A stretch of 64,000 nucleotides of DNA from an uncultured Chitinophagaceae bacterium (GCA_964571705.1 CAZNDJ010000001.1:107660-171659), one strand, 5' to 3'; counted from the first letter of the stretch, positions 8,774 through 16,839 are shown. Notes: generated by a model not told the origin, from the sequence alone. Made by a program: numbers and translations.

Positions 8774-9685
8774 CTATCTCCCTTCTCGTTCTGGATCTTG
8801 GCTCCTTTCATGCTCATCTTTCAACTCCCCATCTAATTCCTTTTCTTCATTAAGGATGTCAGGCTTTCTATCTGCATCTATGGAAGGCTCACCACGGATA
8901 CCGCTTAGTTCGGATGTCCTACGCTCTCTAATATCGAGTTCTTTCATCTTCTCCTCGCCAAAATCTAGAGTTCCGAATCTGTAATGGCGATTGTCATCGA
9001 TTCCCGCCGGCTTGCCTCCCCGCTCGTAGACCTTCAGGCCGCTCTCCTTTAGGTTCTCCAGGAACGCCGTTCTGCTCGTCGCGTTCGCGAAGCTCTGCTC
9101 CAGGAGTGCCCTTATCTCGCCCTTTCGGGAGCCCTTGCCGCTACGGACGACGAGGTTGTGCTCTCGGTCCGTTCTGCCCCTCGTTCCCCTCCCGTGTTCG
9201 ACTTGGGAGTGCGTGAGCCCGAGCTCCACCTCGTAGCGCTGGAGTTCCCTTTTGCAGTCTTGAAACTCCTTCTTGGACATGCGGATGGGCCTGCCGGTAT
9301 ACGCCTCGGTGGCGCTTATCATCAGGTGCAGGTGGACGTGGTTCTTGTCCCAGTGTGCTGCTCCGAAATACAAGGCCTTGTCGCTCCTGAGATCGACGTA
9401 CCTTCTAGCAATTTTATCAAGTACTTCAGGTGTAAGTATTTCTTTGTCACCTGCGCGGTAGGATATGATGTCGTGGTACAGCTTGATTTCACCCTTCCTG
9501 TGCGACAGTCTGCACTTCTCATTGTCCAGGAACTCCTGCACGTTGTCGTCCTTGGTGCGCCCAAGCAGGTTGTGTCGTAAGATGTAGGGCGCGCCGTCCT
9601 TCTTCATGACCGCATCACGGCGGGTTATGTAGTCGGCCAGCTGGCCGAACGAACTAGTTCCCCTCGTGTATGACTTTAGAATCAT
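8774..9685 (-). CDS. Relaxase/mobilisation nuclease (MobA/VirD2-type Relaxase domain)
   Basis: Histidine triad HWDKNHVHLHLMISA (about 9355-9311). The N-terminus MILKSYTRGTSSFGQLADYI is typical of Bacteroidota MobB-like relaxases. Overlaps the upstream gene by 32 nt. Confidence 0.85.
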   Translation of the reverse strand: MILKSYTRGTSSFGQLADYITRRDAVMKKDGAPYILRHNLLGRTKDDNVQEFLDNEKCRLSHRKGEIKLYHDIISYRAGDKEILTPEVLDKIARRYVDLRSDKALYFGAAHWDKNHVHLHLMISATEAYTGRPIRMSKKEFQDCKRELQRYEVELGLTHSQVEHGRGTRGRTDREHNLVVRSGKGSRKGEIRALLEQSFANATSRTAFLENLKESGLKVYERGGKPAGIDDNRHYRFGTLDFGEEKMKELDIRERRTSELSGIRGEPSIDADRKPDILNEEKELDGELKDEHERSQDPEREGR

Positions 9686-10178
9686 TGTCCTTGACTATCT
9701 GCCTGAGCGTCTCAATGAAATTCGGATTGTTTGCAAGGGCTGAGAGTATCTCCTCATGCAGGCGCGGCGGGTTGGAAAATGCGTCGGTCACTTCCTTTGT
9801 CATCTTGGAAAGGGCCTTGCTCAATCCCTCGTAATCCCTGTCTCCCTTGAACCACCCTCCCTTGTCACGGTCCTGCACCTGCTGGATAGTGGCTTGGCAC
9901 CTCAGTAGTGCCTGTAGGATCTGGTCGAGCACTATCTTGTCCCTAACGACGAAGGAGGTGGTGAGGTATGCAAATACCGCCTTCTTGAGGAAGGCGTTCT
10001 CCGTCAGCCTGTGCTCCTTTGCCGTCTTCCTTATTCCTTCGGTTTCGGCCCGCTTGAAGGTCAGGGTATAGTGCCGGTTGCGCCTTCTCTCGGATTGCTT
10101 GTAGGCCTTCATATAGGCACGCCTGTACTCCCGCCTTAGCGCTTTGAGCTCCTCGCCTGAGGCATCTGTCTTGCCCAT
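9654..10178 (-). CDS. MobC-like relaxosome accessory protein (probable ribbon-helix-helix)
   Basis: The segment RRNRHYTLTFKRAETEGIRKTAKEHRLTENAFLKKAVFAYL fits the RHH MobC pattern. Position is between the T4CP and the relaxase. Start trimmed to ATG 10178; the track version starts at 10280. Confidence 0.55.
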   Translation of the reverse strand: MGKTDASGEELKALRREYRRAYMKAYKQSERRRNRHYTLTFKRAETEGIRKTAKEHRLTENAFLKKAVFAYLTTSFVVRDKIVLDQILQALLRCQATIQQVQDRDKGGWFKGDRDYEGLSKALSKMTKEVTDAFSNPPRLHEEILSALANNPNFIETLRQIVKDNDSKVIHEGN

Positions 10179-10222
10179 ATTTTCAAGGTACGCCCACAGG
10201 CCGGATGTTCTTCGCAGGGCTT

Positions 10223-11683
10223 TCAAGGGAGCGTGATTAGCGGTATGGATGGCAGGAGAAGTTGGTTCCGATGGAGCCAAGGAGGCAGGTTCAATTTCCT
10301 TTCGAGCAGCCTCTGCCTAAAATACGGCGTTACGTCTACACGGAGCGGCTTCATCGTCCCTGACAGAATGATGGCCTCGTCGGGCTGCATCAGGCGTATG
10401 TCCTGTGCCAGCATCAGGGGCCGCACCTTTTGACTGCCGCTGCTGTCCACATATTCCTCCTTTCCCAGAAGGTCCTCCAGCTCATGGCTCCCCTTCAGCC
10501 CCATACCGCTGAGGAACACCTTGGTTCTGGAGGCGTCCCTGATGCTGTCCGCGCCCGCCGCCCCGAACTGGTGGACCATTATCTCTTGGCTCTGCCAGAG
10601 GCTCATCACTGGCAATCTATACTTTCGATTATTATTCAATATGTCTGGCAGTGATTCGAAGCGCAGGGTGCCGATCTCGTCGAGGATGAAGAAGACGTCA
10701 AGGTCGCTACTCGATGGCAGCTTAGTCATGAGCTCCTTGAAGGCCAGCTCAAAAAACATTGAGAGGAGCGGCGCATACACTTTGCTGTTCGCGGTAGGGT
10801 TCTCGATGAAAAGCGCGGTCGGGACTTCCCGCATCAATGCGAAGTCGATGTCGTTCGTACAAGTGAGCCTTGCGAGGCCCTCGTCGAACCACAGCCCCAG
10901 CGCGCTCTGCGCGGTAGCTATGACCGACCTCAGCACCTTCTCCTCCATCATGTTGAGCGCCTTCCAGTCCTCGAACAGTTCGGGAGAGCTGTACTTGCAG
11001 AAGAGGCTGTCGAGCGACTCGGGCTTTATCGAGAACCGGTTGAGCAGGTGGCGCACCGAGCTCATGTGCCTTACCTCTGGCTCCTGTGTCATCACGATGG
11101 ATATGAAAATGAAGATCATCGTCTGCGCCTGAAGGAACCAGAAGTTGTCCCCGTTGCCGACCTTGAGGATGCACGAAACCAGGATGTAGGCGACCTTGTA
11201 GGCGTCCGACTTGGTCCTGATGAAATTGAAGGGGTTGAAGCAGTGCGAGGAATCCGGAGCATCGAGCCGCAGCGAAAGAACGCGTACTCCCTTGCTTCTG
11301 AGGTAGGGCGAGACCTTCGCCCGTATCTGCCCCGAAGGGTCCGTTACCACCATGCTTGCGCCCTCTATCATCATGCAGGATGGGAGGGCAAGCGTGGCCG
11401 TCTTACCGGAGCCGATTTGGCCTACGCACATTACGTTCTCATAGGAAGTTTCTCGACTGATCCTTCCCTCGTAGCGGCCCGTGAGGCAGAAGCCCCCGTG
11501 TGATGAGCTGAGAATCTCCCGCTCGTCCCCGAAGGAGGCCCTGTAGGTGCGCATGTCGCGCTCCTCGAAGCTGTCGATTGCGGCAAGCACGTTCCCGACA
11601 AGCGCGTCCACCATCGTGAGCCCGGTCGCGCTCGCGTAGCTCAGGCCTCTCCCAAGGAGCCCTGTTATTCGTTTGGGTTTCAT
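10223..11683 (-). CDS. Type IV coupling protein (TraG/VirD4 family ATPase), no obvious N-terminal TM segment
   Basis: Walker A GQIGSGKTATLALPS (about 11422-11399). Walker B DVFFILDEIG. Mobilisation gene context. Confidence 0.8.
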   Translation of the reverse strand: MKPKRITGLLGRGLSYASATGLTMVDALVGNVLAAIDSFEERDMRTYRASFGDEREILSSSHGGFCLTGRYEGRISRETSYENVMCVGQIGSGKTATLALPSCMMIEGASMVVTDPSGQIRAKVSPYLRSKGVRVLSLRLDAPDSSHCFNPFNFIRTKSDAYKVAYILVSCILKVGNGDNFWFLQAQTMIFIFISIVMTQEPEVRHMSSVRHLLNRFSIKPESLDSLFCKYSSPELFEDWKALNMMEEKVLRSVIATAQSALGLWFDEGLARLTCTNDIDFALMREVPTALFIENPTANSKVYAPLLSMFFELAFKELMTKLPSSSDLDVFFILDEIGTLRFESLPDILNNNRKYRLPVMSLWQSQEIMVHQFGAAGADSIRDASRTKVFLSGMGLKGSHELEDLLGKEEYVDSSGSQKVRPLMLAQDIRLMQPDEAIILSGTMKPLRVDVTPYFRQRLLERKLNLPPWLHRNQLLLPSIPLITLP

Positions 11684-11841
11684 TTTCTTTTACCTAATAG
11701 GAAGGTCCGCACGCCCCGGTTCCACTCCCTCAGGAGGATCTCCGCGCAGGTCGTAATGCACCAAACCGCAAAGAGCACCACTTTTATGAGGGCCATGAGA
11801 ACCTTCCTGCCCAATTCAACAAGTATTTCGCTCCAGGTCAT
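11680..11841 (-). CDS. 53-aa single-TM mini-protein, below the track cut-off
   Basis: Hand translation: MTWSEILVELGRKVLMALIKVVLFAVWCITTCAEILLREWNRGVRTFLLGKRK*. Its ATG overlaps the upstream stop (ATGA at 11838-11841). Its TGA overlaps the T4CP ATG (11680-11683). Confidence 0.4.
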   Translation of the reverse strand: MTWSEILVELGRKVLMALIKVVLFAVWCITTCAEILLREWNRGVRTFLLGKRK

Positions 11842-12554
11842 GGCTGCTCCCTGTTCTCACCCCCTGAAATGACGACCCTTCCGTGGCGTGCCTCGATCAT
11901 GCGCCTGTAGATCGCGCTGACGGCCTCGTACCTCCTCGAATCCTCGTTGTCCCTGGGCTGGTACTCCAGCCGGACCGTCACGCCCGCCAGATCGCCGAGC
12001 GGCTGGATGGAGTCGAAGATCCTCTCCACCGCTTCGGAATGCCTGTAAAGCATCCCCGTATCACGGCGATAGAAGTCGAGGGAATAGTTGAGCTCAAAGA
12101 GGTCAGACGCGGTTTCCAGCTCCTTCTCCGCCGCCCTCTCTTCGGCCAGGGCGTTCAGCATGCGCGCGAAGTGGCGGTAGACCTCGCTGCGCTCCGTGAC
12201 CGCCCCAGACTTCCTGATGTCGCTGAAGCTGCCGTCCACGGTCGAACGGAAAGAGCTTATCAGGGAGTCCCGATCCTGGGGGTTGTCCAGCAGCGGGAAC
12301 CCGACCTCGGGAATTTCCATCCGGATGCTCCGCCCGTATCCCGCCTCGCCGACCGGCGAGACCACCACGATGCCGCCGCGCCACCGGTCGCGGCCGAGGC
12401 CGAGGCTGCCTACCACGTCCCTTGCGCCCGGAAGCAGGACGGCATAGGTGGTGGGGTCCGGCATGTAGTACAGGGCCTTGGTGTTCCGGCCTGCGGACGG
12501 CGCGCATGCGGACAGGGCGACCGACATCATCACCAGCAGTATTTTACTCTTCAT
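11838..12554 (-). CDS. Putative lipoprotein (238 aa), unknown function
   Basis: Start trimmed to MKSKILLVMMSVALSAC (lipobox LSAC). ATGA overlap with the upstream gene at 12551-12554. No recognisable domain. Confidence 0.55.
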   Translation of the reverse strand: MKSKILLVMMSVALSACAPSAGRNTKALYYMPDPTTYAVLLPGARDVVGSLGLGRDRWRGGIVVVSPVGEAGYGRSIRMEIPEVGFPLLDNPQDRDSLISSFRSTVDGSFSDIRKSGAVTERSEVYRHFARMLNALAEERAAEKELETASDLFELNYSLDFYRRDTGMLYRHSEAVERIFDSIQPLGDLAGVTVRLEYQPRDNEDSRRYEAVSAIYRRMIEARHGRVVISGGENREQP

Positions 12555-13573
12555 GGCTCTGGGTTTGAGTTGAGGAATTGATCGTCGTCGAACGAGTCCG
12601 GGTTCCGGGAGATCGCCGCCCGCCTGAACGCCAGTAAGGTCTGGGTCCGGCACTCGCGTATGACGTTCTCGAAGTACTCCCTGCGCGACGACAGCGACGT
12701 AAGGTACCCGCGTCCCTCGCGAAGTTTCCTGATTATCGCATCCCTCTCGTCCGAGAGGGATTTTCTTTTTTTCCTGATCTTATTCAGGCGCTGTTCCATC
12801 AGCCGGTGCTGCCACCTGGCCCGGTAGTCCTCCGCGGTCGGGAGGAGGCAGGCCAGCAGCGTCGCCCCGAAGAAGATCACGCCGGATGCCACGAAGAACG
12901 CCAGGAACGCGATCACCGCCTTCGCCGTGAGGTTCAGTGCGAACCCCATCAGCGCGTAGCTCCTGAGTGCGCCGAACACCGCGAAAACGCACGCCATCCT
13001 GACGGCCCACCGCTTGGCGAACCTCCTCGCGTCCTCCTCCTCCAGCTTCCGGTACTTCCACGCGATGTACCCGCTGGTGATGCCCAGGGACACCGCCACC
13101 GCCGCCCCGATCAGCAGGCATGCCAGGGTCGGCCCCCCGAAGGCGATCAGGCTGTAGCCGTAGAAGGGGATGTCCATCATGAAGATCAGGACCTCGATGC
13201 CCATATGCCACCAGTAGTTGCGCCAGTTGTAGGCCAGGGGCGGCATCCGCCTGGCCTGGTCGTTGCATGAGCGCTCCTCCTCCGCGAACCCGGCATCCGC
13301 CCGGTCGAGCAGTGCGACGTCCTCCGCCGCGGCCCCTTCGAGCGCGGCCTCCCGCCCGGCCTGGTCGCCGCCGCCGAGGCCGGCCCATACCTGCCTGCGG
13401 ACGGCCTCGTACGAGGCCCCGATCCCGACCATGGATACCTTCACATAGGCCGCGGCGCCGTCGCCCTGCGGGACGGCATCGCCGTCGGCTGTGGCATCGC
13501 GATCCAGCCTTTCCCGCTTCCCCTCTATGAACGACATTATCTCCCTGTCCGTACTTTTCTCAGTGATCCTCAT
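12551..13573 (-). CDS. Integral membrane protein: Ala/Asp-rich N-terminus, about 4 TM helices and a basic coiled-coil tail
   Basis: Hydrophobic stretches IEVLIFMMDIPFYGYSLIAFGG, LACLLIGAAVAVSLGITSGYIAW, MACVFAVFGALRSYALMGFAL and VIAFLAFFVASGVIFFGATLLACLL, followed by QRLNKIRKKRKSLSDERDAIIRKLREG. Start is uncertain (13597, 13573 or 13537). Confidence 0.55.
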   Translation of the reverse strand: MRITEKSTDREIMSFIEGKRERLDRDATADGDAVPQGDGAAAYVKVSMVGIGASYEAVRRQVWAGLGGGDQAGREAALEGAAAEDVALLDRADAGFAEEERSCNDQARRMPPLAYNWRNYWWHMGIEVLIFMMDIPFYGYSLIAFGGPTLACLLIGAAVAVSLGITSGYIAWKYRKLEEEDARRFAKRWAVRMACVFAVFGALRSYALMGFALNLTAKAVIAFLAFFVASGVIFFGATLLACLLPTAEDYRARWQHRLMEQRLNKIRKKRKSLSDERDAIIRKLREGRGYLTSLSSRREYFENVIRECRTQTLLAFRRAAISRNPDSFDDDQFLNSNPEP

Positions 13574-14522
13574 ATATCTCAGTTTTGATGTGAACAATGC
13601 TTATATCATTAGTGCCTTCGGAATCGGGAATAGACCTTTTTGGCCTTAAGCGGAGCGCCGCTCCGTTACGCGCAGGTGGGATTTCCGTTAGTCTCACAGG
13701 TGCACCCGGACAGGAGTTGCGACCGACCAGCCAGCCGTCCGCCGTGGTCTCGCAGAACTCCCCTGTCTGCTTTGTATGAATCTGGCCGCCGTCATCATCG
13801 AAACGGACGGAGGCGGCCATGTGGCTTTCCGACGGAATCTCAACCAGCGATGAACGGATGCCTGAAAAGGAGTAAAGCGTGACCAGGAGCACACTCTTCC
13901 CGTCACAGTCCTCTACGCCATCCATCAGGGTCAGCACGGGATAGCGTACGTAATCGTACGGGCCCTCGGGATCGTCAGCATACTGGACTGACTGCACGAA
14001 ACAAAGTAGGTAAGCGGCCCACTGCCTTTGATCGAATTCACAACCAGCCGCGGAATCGCGGAGAACTCTCACCACATAGTCCATGTAGGGGAATGCAGGG
14101 TCCTCGCACGCATAGTCCTCGTAAGGAAGGTCCTTGGGCACGGCATCGTAGTGGTCGTACACGGATACGGGTATCCTGAACGTTGCGCGAAAAGGCCTGC
14201 CTGCGTAGGCCCAATGGAACGTCCTCACGTAGCAGTCCTGCAACCTTTCCTTAGGAAACTCATAGACCCTGATGCAGGAGGTTAAAAGCGCGCTGAAGGA
14301 TAATGCCACAATAAATAGAATGAGCGTTGTGCCGCCCTTCCTCCTCTTTGAGTTCAACGGCTTCACGTCCTCCACGTCCTGCCAGAAGACCTGGTGACCT
14401 GTGTTTAGAGTTTTATAAACTCCACCTCCGTCATTTAAGGGGATTTTCGGTTCATCCGGTTCGTAACGTTTCAATAACCGCTTCAAGGACTCAATCAATG
14501 ACTCATCTTTTTGCCTTCGCAT
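13560..14522 (-). CDS. Membrane-anchored protein with a possible transglutaminase-like/papain-fold Cys-His-Asp core
   Basis: TM segment TTLILFIVALSFSALLTSC. The segment GVEDCDGKSVLLVTLYSFSGIRSSLVEIPSESHMAASVRFDDDG has C..H..D spacing compatible with a transglutaminase-like core. Motif-level only; first gene of the operon. Confidence 0.45.
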   Translation of the reverse strand: MRRQKDESLIESLKRLLKRYEPDEPKIPLNDGGGVYKTLNTGHQVFWQDVEDVKPLNSKRRKGGTTLILFIVALSFSALLTSCIRVYEFPKERLQDCYVRTFHWAYAGRPFRATFRIPVSVYDHYDAVPKDLPYEDYACEDPAFPYMDYVVRVLRDSAAGCEFDQRQWAAYLLCFVQSVQYADDPEGPYDYVRYPVLTLMDGVEDCDGKSVLLVTLYSFSGIRSSLVEIPSESHMAASVRFDDDGGQIHTKQTGEFCETTADGWLVGRNSCPGAPVRLTEIPPARNGAALRLRPKRSIPDSEGTNDISIVHIKTEIYEDH

Positions 14523-14822
14523 AACTCAAAATTTAGCGTTAAGAATATGGCTCCGCCATGACGGCGCGAGCCGTTTCAGAAATGCCGGACCAAGGAATGA
14601 GAGGGATACCTCCTCTAAGCACCTTCCATACCGGCCTTAAGACAAGAATTCACCCCCAAGGGCAAAAACCTTACAAACAAAGGAGATAATACAAAGCCTG
14701 AAGCAGGCTACGGTGGGTATTGCGCAAATTGACAAGTTTATGGTAAACTTGCCTACGCGTTGGCTGCTGATAAAGGGCTAATGCTCCCCAGTATTAGTTT
14801 TCCCTAATATCATTCCCTCCGC

Positions 14823-14857
14823 AACCCCTTTACCTCTCGGTATCGGGGTTTTTTTAT
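14823..14857 (+). terminator. Weak terminator-like hairpin plus T-run
   Basis: AACCCC (14823-14828) pairs with GGGGTT (14845-14850) and is followed by TTTTTAT. The 16-nt loop makes it weak. No annotated plus-strand gene lies upstream. Confidence 0.25.
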
Positions 14858-15032
14858 TACCTTTAAACAAAAATAACAGTCTATTTTTAGTAATGAGAGA
14901 AGTTATCCATATTTCAGTTTAATTATGATGCAGTTTTTTATGGTCATGAAAGCCTTGTGAATAGATAAATATATTTATTTATCTATATCGTATGTAGTAT
15001 ATAATTCACATTTTTAAGTCTATACCCAATCA

Positions 15033-16544
15033 ATGTCCAGAACTTCCCATCCAATTCCATCTATAACTGCCCTTGTGGCACTTCATGAGTTATACCGGAA
15101 GTGTCATAAAATTCCTCTCAGAAGTAGCATTTCGGAAGCCGCATATATCGATGCAATCAGCAAAGCATTGATTAAGGACAACGTCATTCCGCCTAGTGGA
15201 AACAAACACCTCGTCAATAATTTCTGCTCGAAACCGAATTCCACAGACTACAGAGATGCGCCAGGAATCGACACCCAAAAGTTGGATATCGTCGTAAAAG
15301 TTGTATTACAGGATACAGGACTTTTGGACCAGCCCATGTATAGAAAGACGGACTTCAATATAGATTTCCCCTGGAATAGCTTTAGCCAAATATTCTATCC
15401 CCCACCTCAGTTGTATCGCCTAGAAGAAAAAAAGTATTACAAATTTCTCGAGCCAGAGGATCGCATAATGGTCGATGAGTTCGTAAGATGGAGAATGATC
15501 CATCTGGGACTACTCCAGGATAATTTACTCATTTTTTGTGTCTACCAATCAGGCTCTAATGGTAAGGAGAATAACTTCGGTATATTTGTTATCGATGAAA
15601 GGAAAAGTATTGCATACTACGTACCCTATAGAATATTCGGTGAAAGTCTTATAGATTTCGATTTCTTAACCTTCAAGTCCTATTATTATCAGCATGACAG
15701 AAGTGGGCTTAAAATACATCTTAAGTCCCTATACGAGGGTTTTGGGGAACATCTTCTAATCATGCTCGATATAAGAGATTCGGCGTTATCTACTGAGACA
15801 GTAATTCACGGTTTTAGATGGCAATCATCAGAAAAGGTTTTAATATCAGGTTGCAGTTCAGTAATTCTCGAAAAATGCTCCTCGTACGGAGAAGCGTTCG
15901 TTAGGGTTCGTCATGAAAAAGACGTGAATCCCCTTTTATGCCTTTTGGTAAGAGATAAAAGTCTAGGTTCAACAATTTGGTCGGAAACACAATTTGGATT
16001 GGAGAACCTTAACTTCTTGAAGCGGATTAATTCGTTAAAGGGATGCTACCTAAGTCTAAAGTCTCACCACAATAAAAAAGGATACATCAGAGGTATTACT
16101 ATAATTACGGAGACGGGGTTTGTATGGATGAAAGAGGAAAACGAGCGCATGCCGACCGAAGCCTTTATAGTTAAAGACCAACCATATAACGAGGATTTTT
16201 TCATAGTTATCGACTCTAAAACTCCTAAACTAGAATCTAGAATCTACCTTAAGATGGATATTCTTAACGACTCTATAGAAACCATGTTCGGCTCACGTCT
16301 ACTTCTTAGAAATGGAAACCTCGAAAAAGAAGAGATTGTATTAGTAAAAGTAGATGAAAAGGACTGCACAGATATTGCGTACAGCCATCCGCACCTTAGT
16401 AATAACAGTTTTCAAGACGATTTAATATTACTGGAGCGACGGTTATTGTCTACTAGCTCACGGACGGCAACTACGCGAAAACTGTCAATATATGAAACTA
16501 AAGCCCTAAAGATACTTAAGAAACTTTCTGACTATACTAGCTGA
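15033..16544 (+). CDS. Orphan hypothetical protein (503 aa), AT-rich
   Basis: Long clean ORF starting at ATG. 21/60 G+C in the sample 15601-15660. No motif I recognise. Confidence 0.55.
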   Translation: MSRTSHPIPSITALVALHELYRKCHKIPLRSSISEAAYIDAISKALIKDNVIPPSGNKHLVNNFCSKPNSTDYRDAPGIDTQKLDIVVKVVLQDTGLLDQPMYRKTDFNIDFPWNSFSQIFYPPPQLYRLEEKKYYKFLEPEDRIMVDEFVRWRMIHLGLLQDNLLIFCVYQSGSNGKENNFGIFVIDERKSIAYYVPYRIFGESLIDFDFLTFKSYYYQHDRSGLKIHLKSLYEGFGEHLLIMLDIRDSALSTETVIHGFRWQSSEKVLISGCSSVILEKCSSYGEAFVRVRHEKDVNPLLCLLVRDKSLGSTIWSETQFGLENLNFLKRINSLKGCYLSLKSHHNKKGYIRGITIITETGFVWMKEENERMPTEAFIVKDQPYNEDFFIVIDSKTPKLESRIYLKMDILNDSIETMFGSRLLLRNGNLEKEEIVLVKVDEKDCTDIAYSHPHLSNNSFQDDLILLERRLLSTSSRTATTRKLSIYETKALKILKKLSDYTS

Positions 16545-16602
16545 ATGAGTATGGTGCGGGATTCGCTCGACAAAGTTGAAACGAGAAAGGAGAAGCTCAA
16601 AA

Positions 16603-16839
16603 TTAACGCTCAATATCCCTTCGATAAGCCTTTCCTTTGTTTTCCCGAATCTCTTCAAGCTCCCCTAGACGATTTTTCTGCATAGATTTCTCAAACTCCT
16701 CTGCGCCCTCAATGACCCCCTTTTCGTATTCTGTTCCTTTCGTTAGCGCTGGCTTGAGCTTGCCCCAAAGGTCGGGCGTGAACTGGGCGAGCTTGTACCC
16801 GCTGTTGAACCCCTTGATGTATGTCCTATCCTCCTCCAT
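16603..16839 (-). CDS. Small hypothetical protein (78 aa) coupled to the HTH gene
   Basis: Its ATG overlaps the stop of the upstream HTH gene at 16839. Lys/Glu-rich helical sequence. Confidence 0.5.
   Translation of the reverse strand: MEEDRTYIKGFNSGYKLAQFTPDLWGKLKPALTKGTEYEKGVIEGAEEFEKSMQKNRLGELEEIRENKGKAYRRDIER

Noticed and set aside
8611-8984. ORFs 8611-8817 (-) and 8736-8984 (+) at the relaxase 3' end. They were examined as a possible integrase remnant.
   Set aside because: They have no tyrosine or serine recombinase motifs. They overlap the hairpin stack and the relaxase C-terminus, so they are most likely non-coding.
10521-13530. Many long ORFs on both strands and in alternative frames inside the GC-rich block: 10521-11132 +, 10749-11174 -, 11048-11503 +, 11883-12581 +, 12103-12507 -, 12780-13388 -, 12806-13270 + and 13267-13530 +.
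   Set aside because: They are Arg/Pro/Gly/Ala-rich low-complexity translations typical of shadow frames in high-GC DNA. They overlap a contiguous, translationally coupled minus-strand gene chain whose products have sensible signal peptides, TM helices and ATPase motifs.
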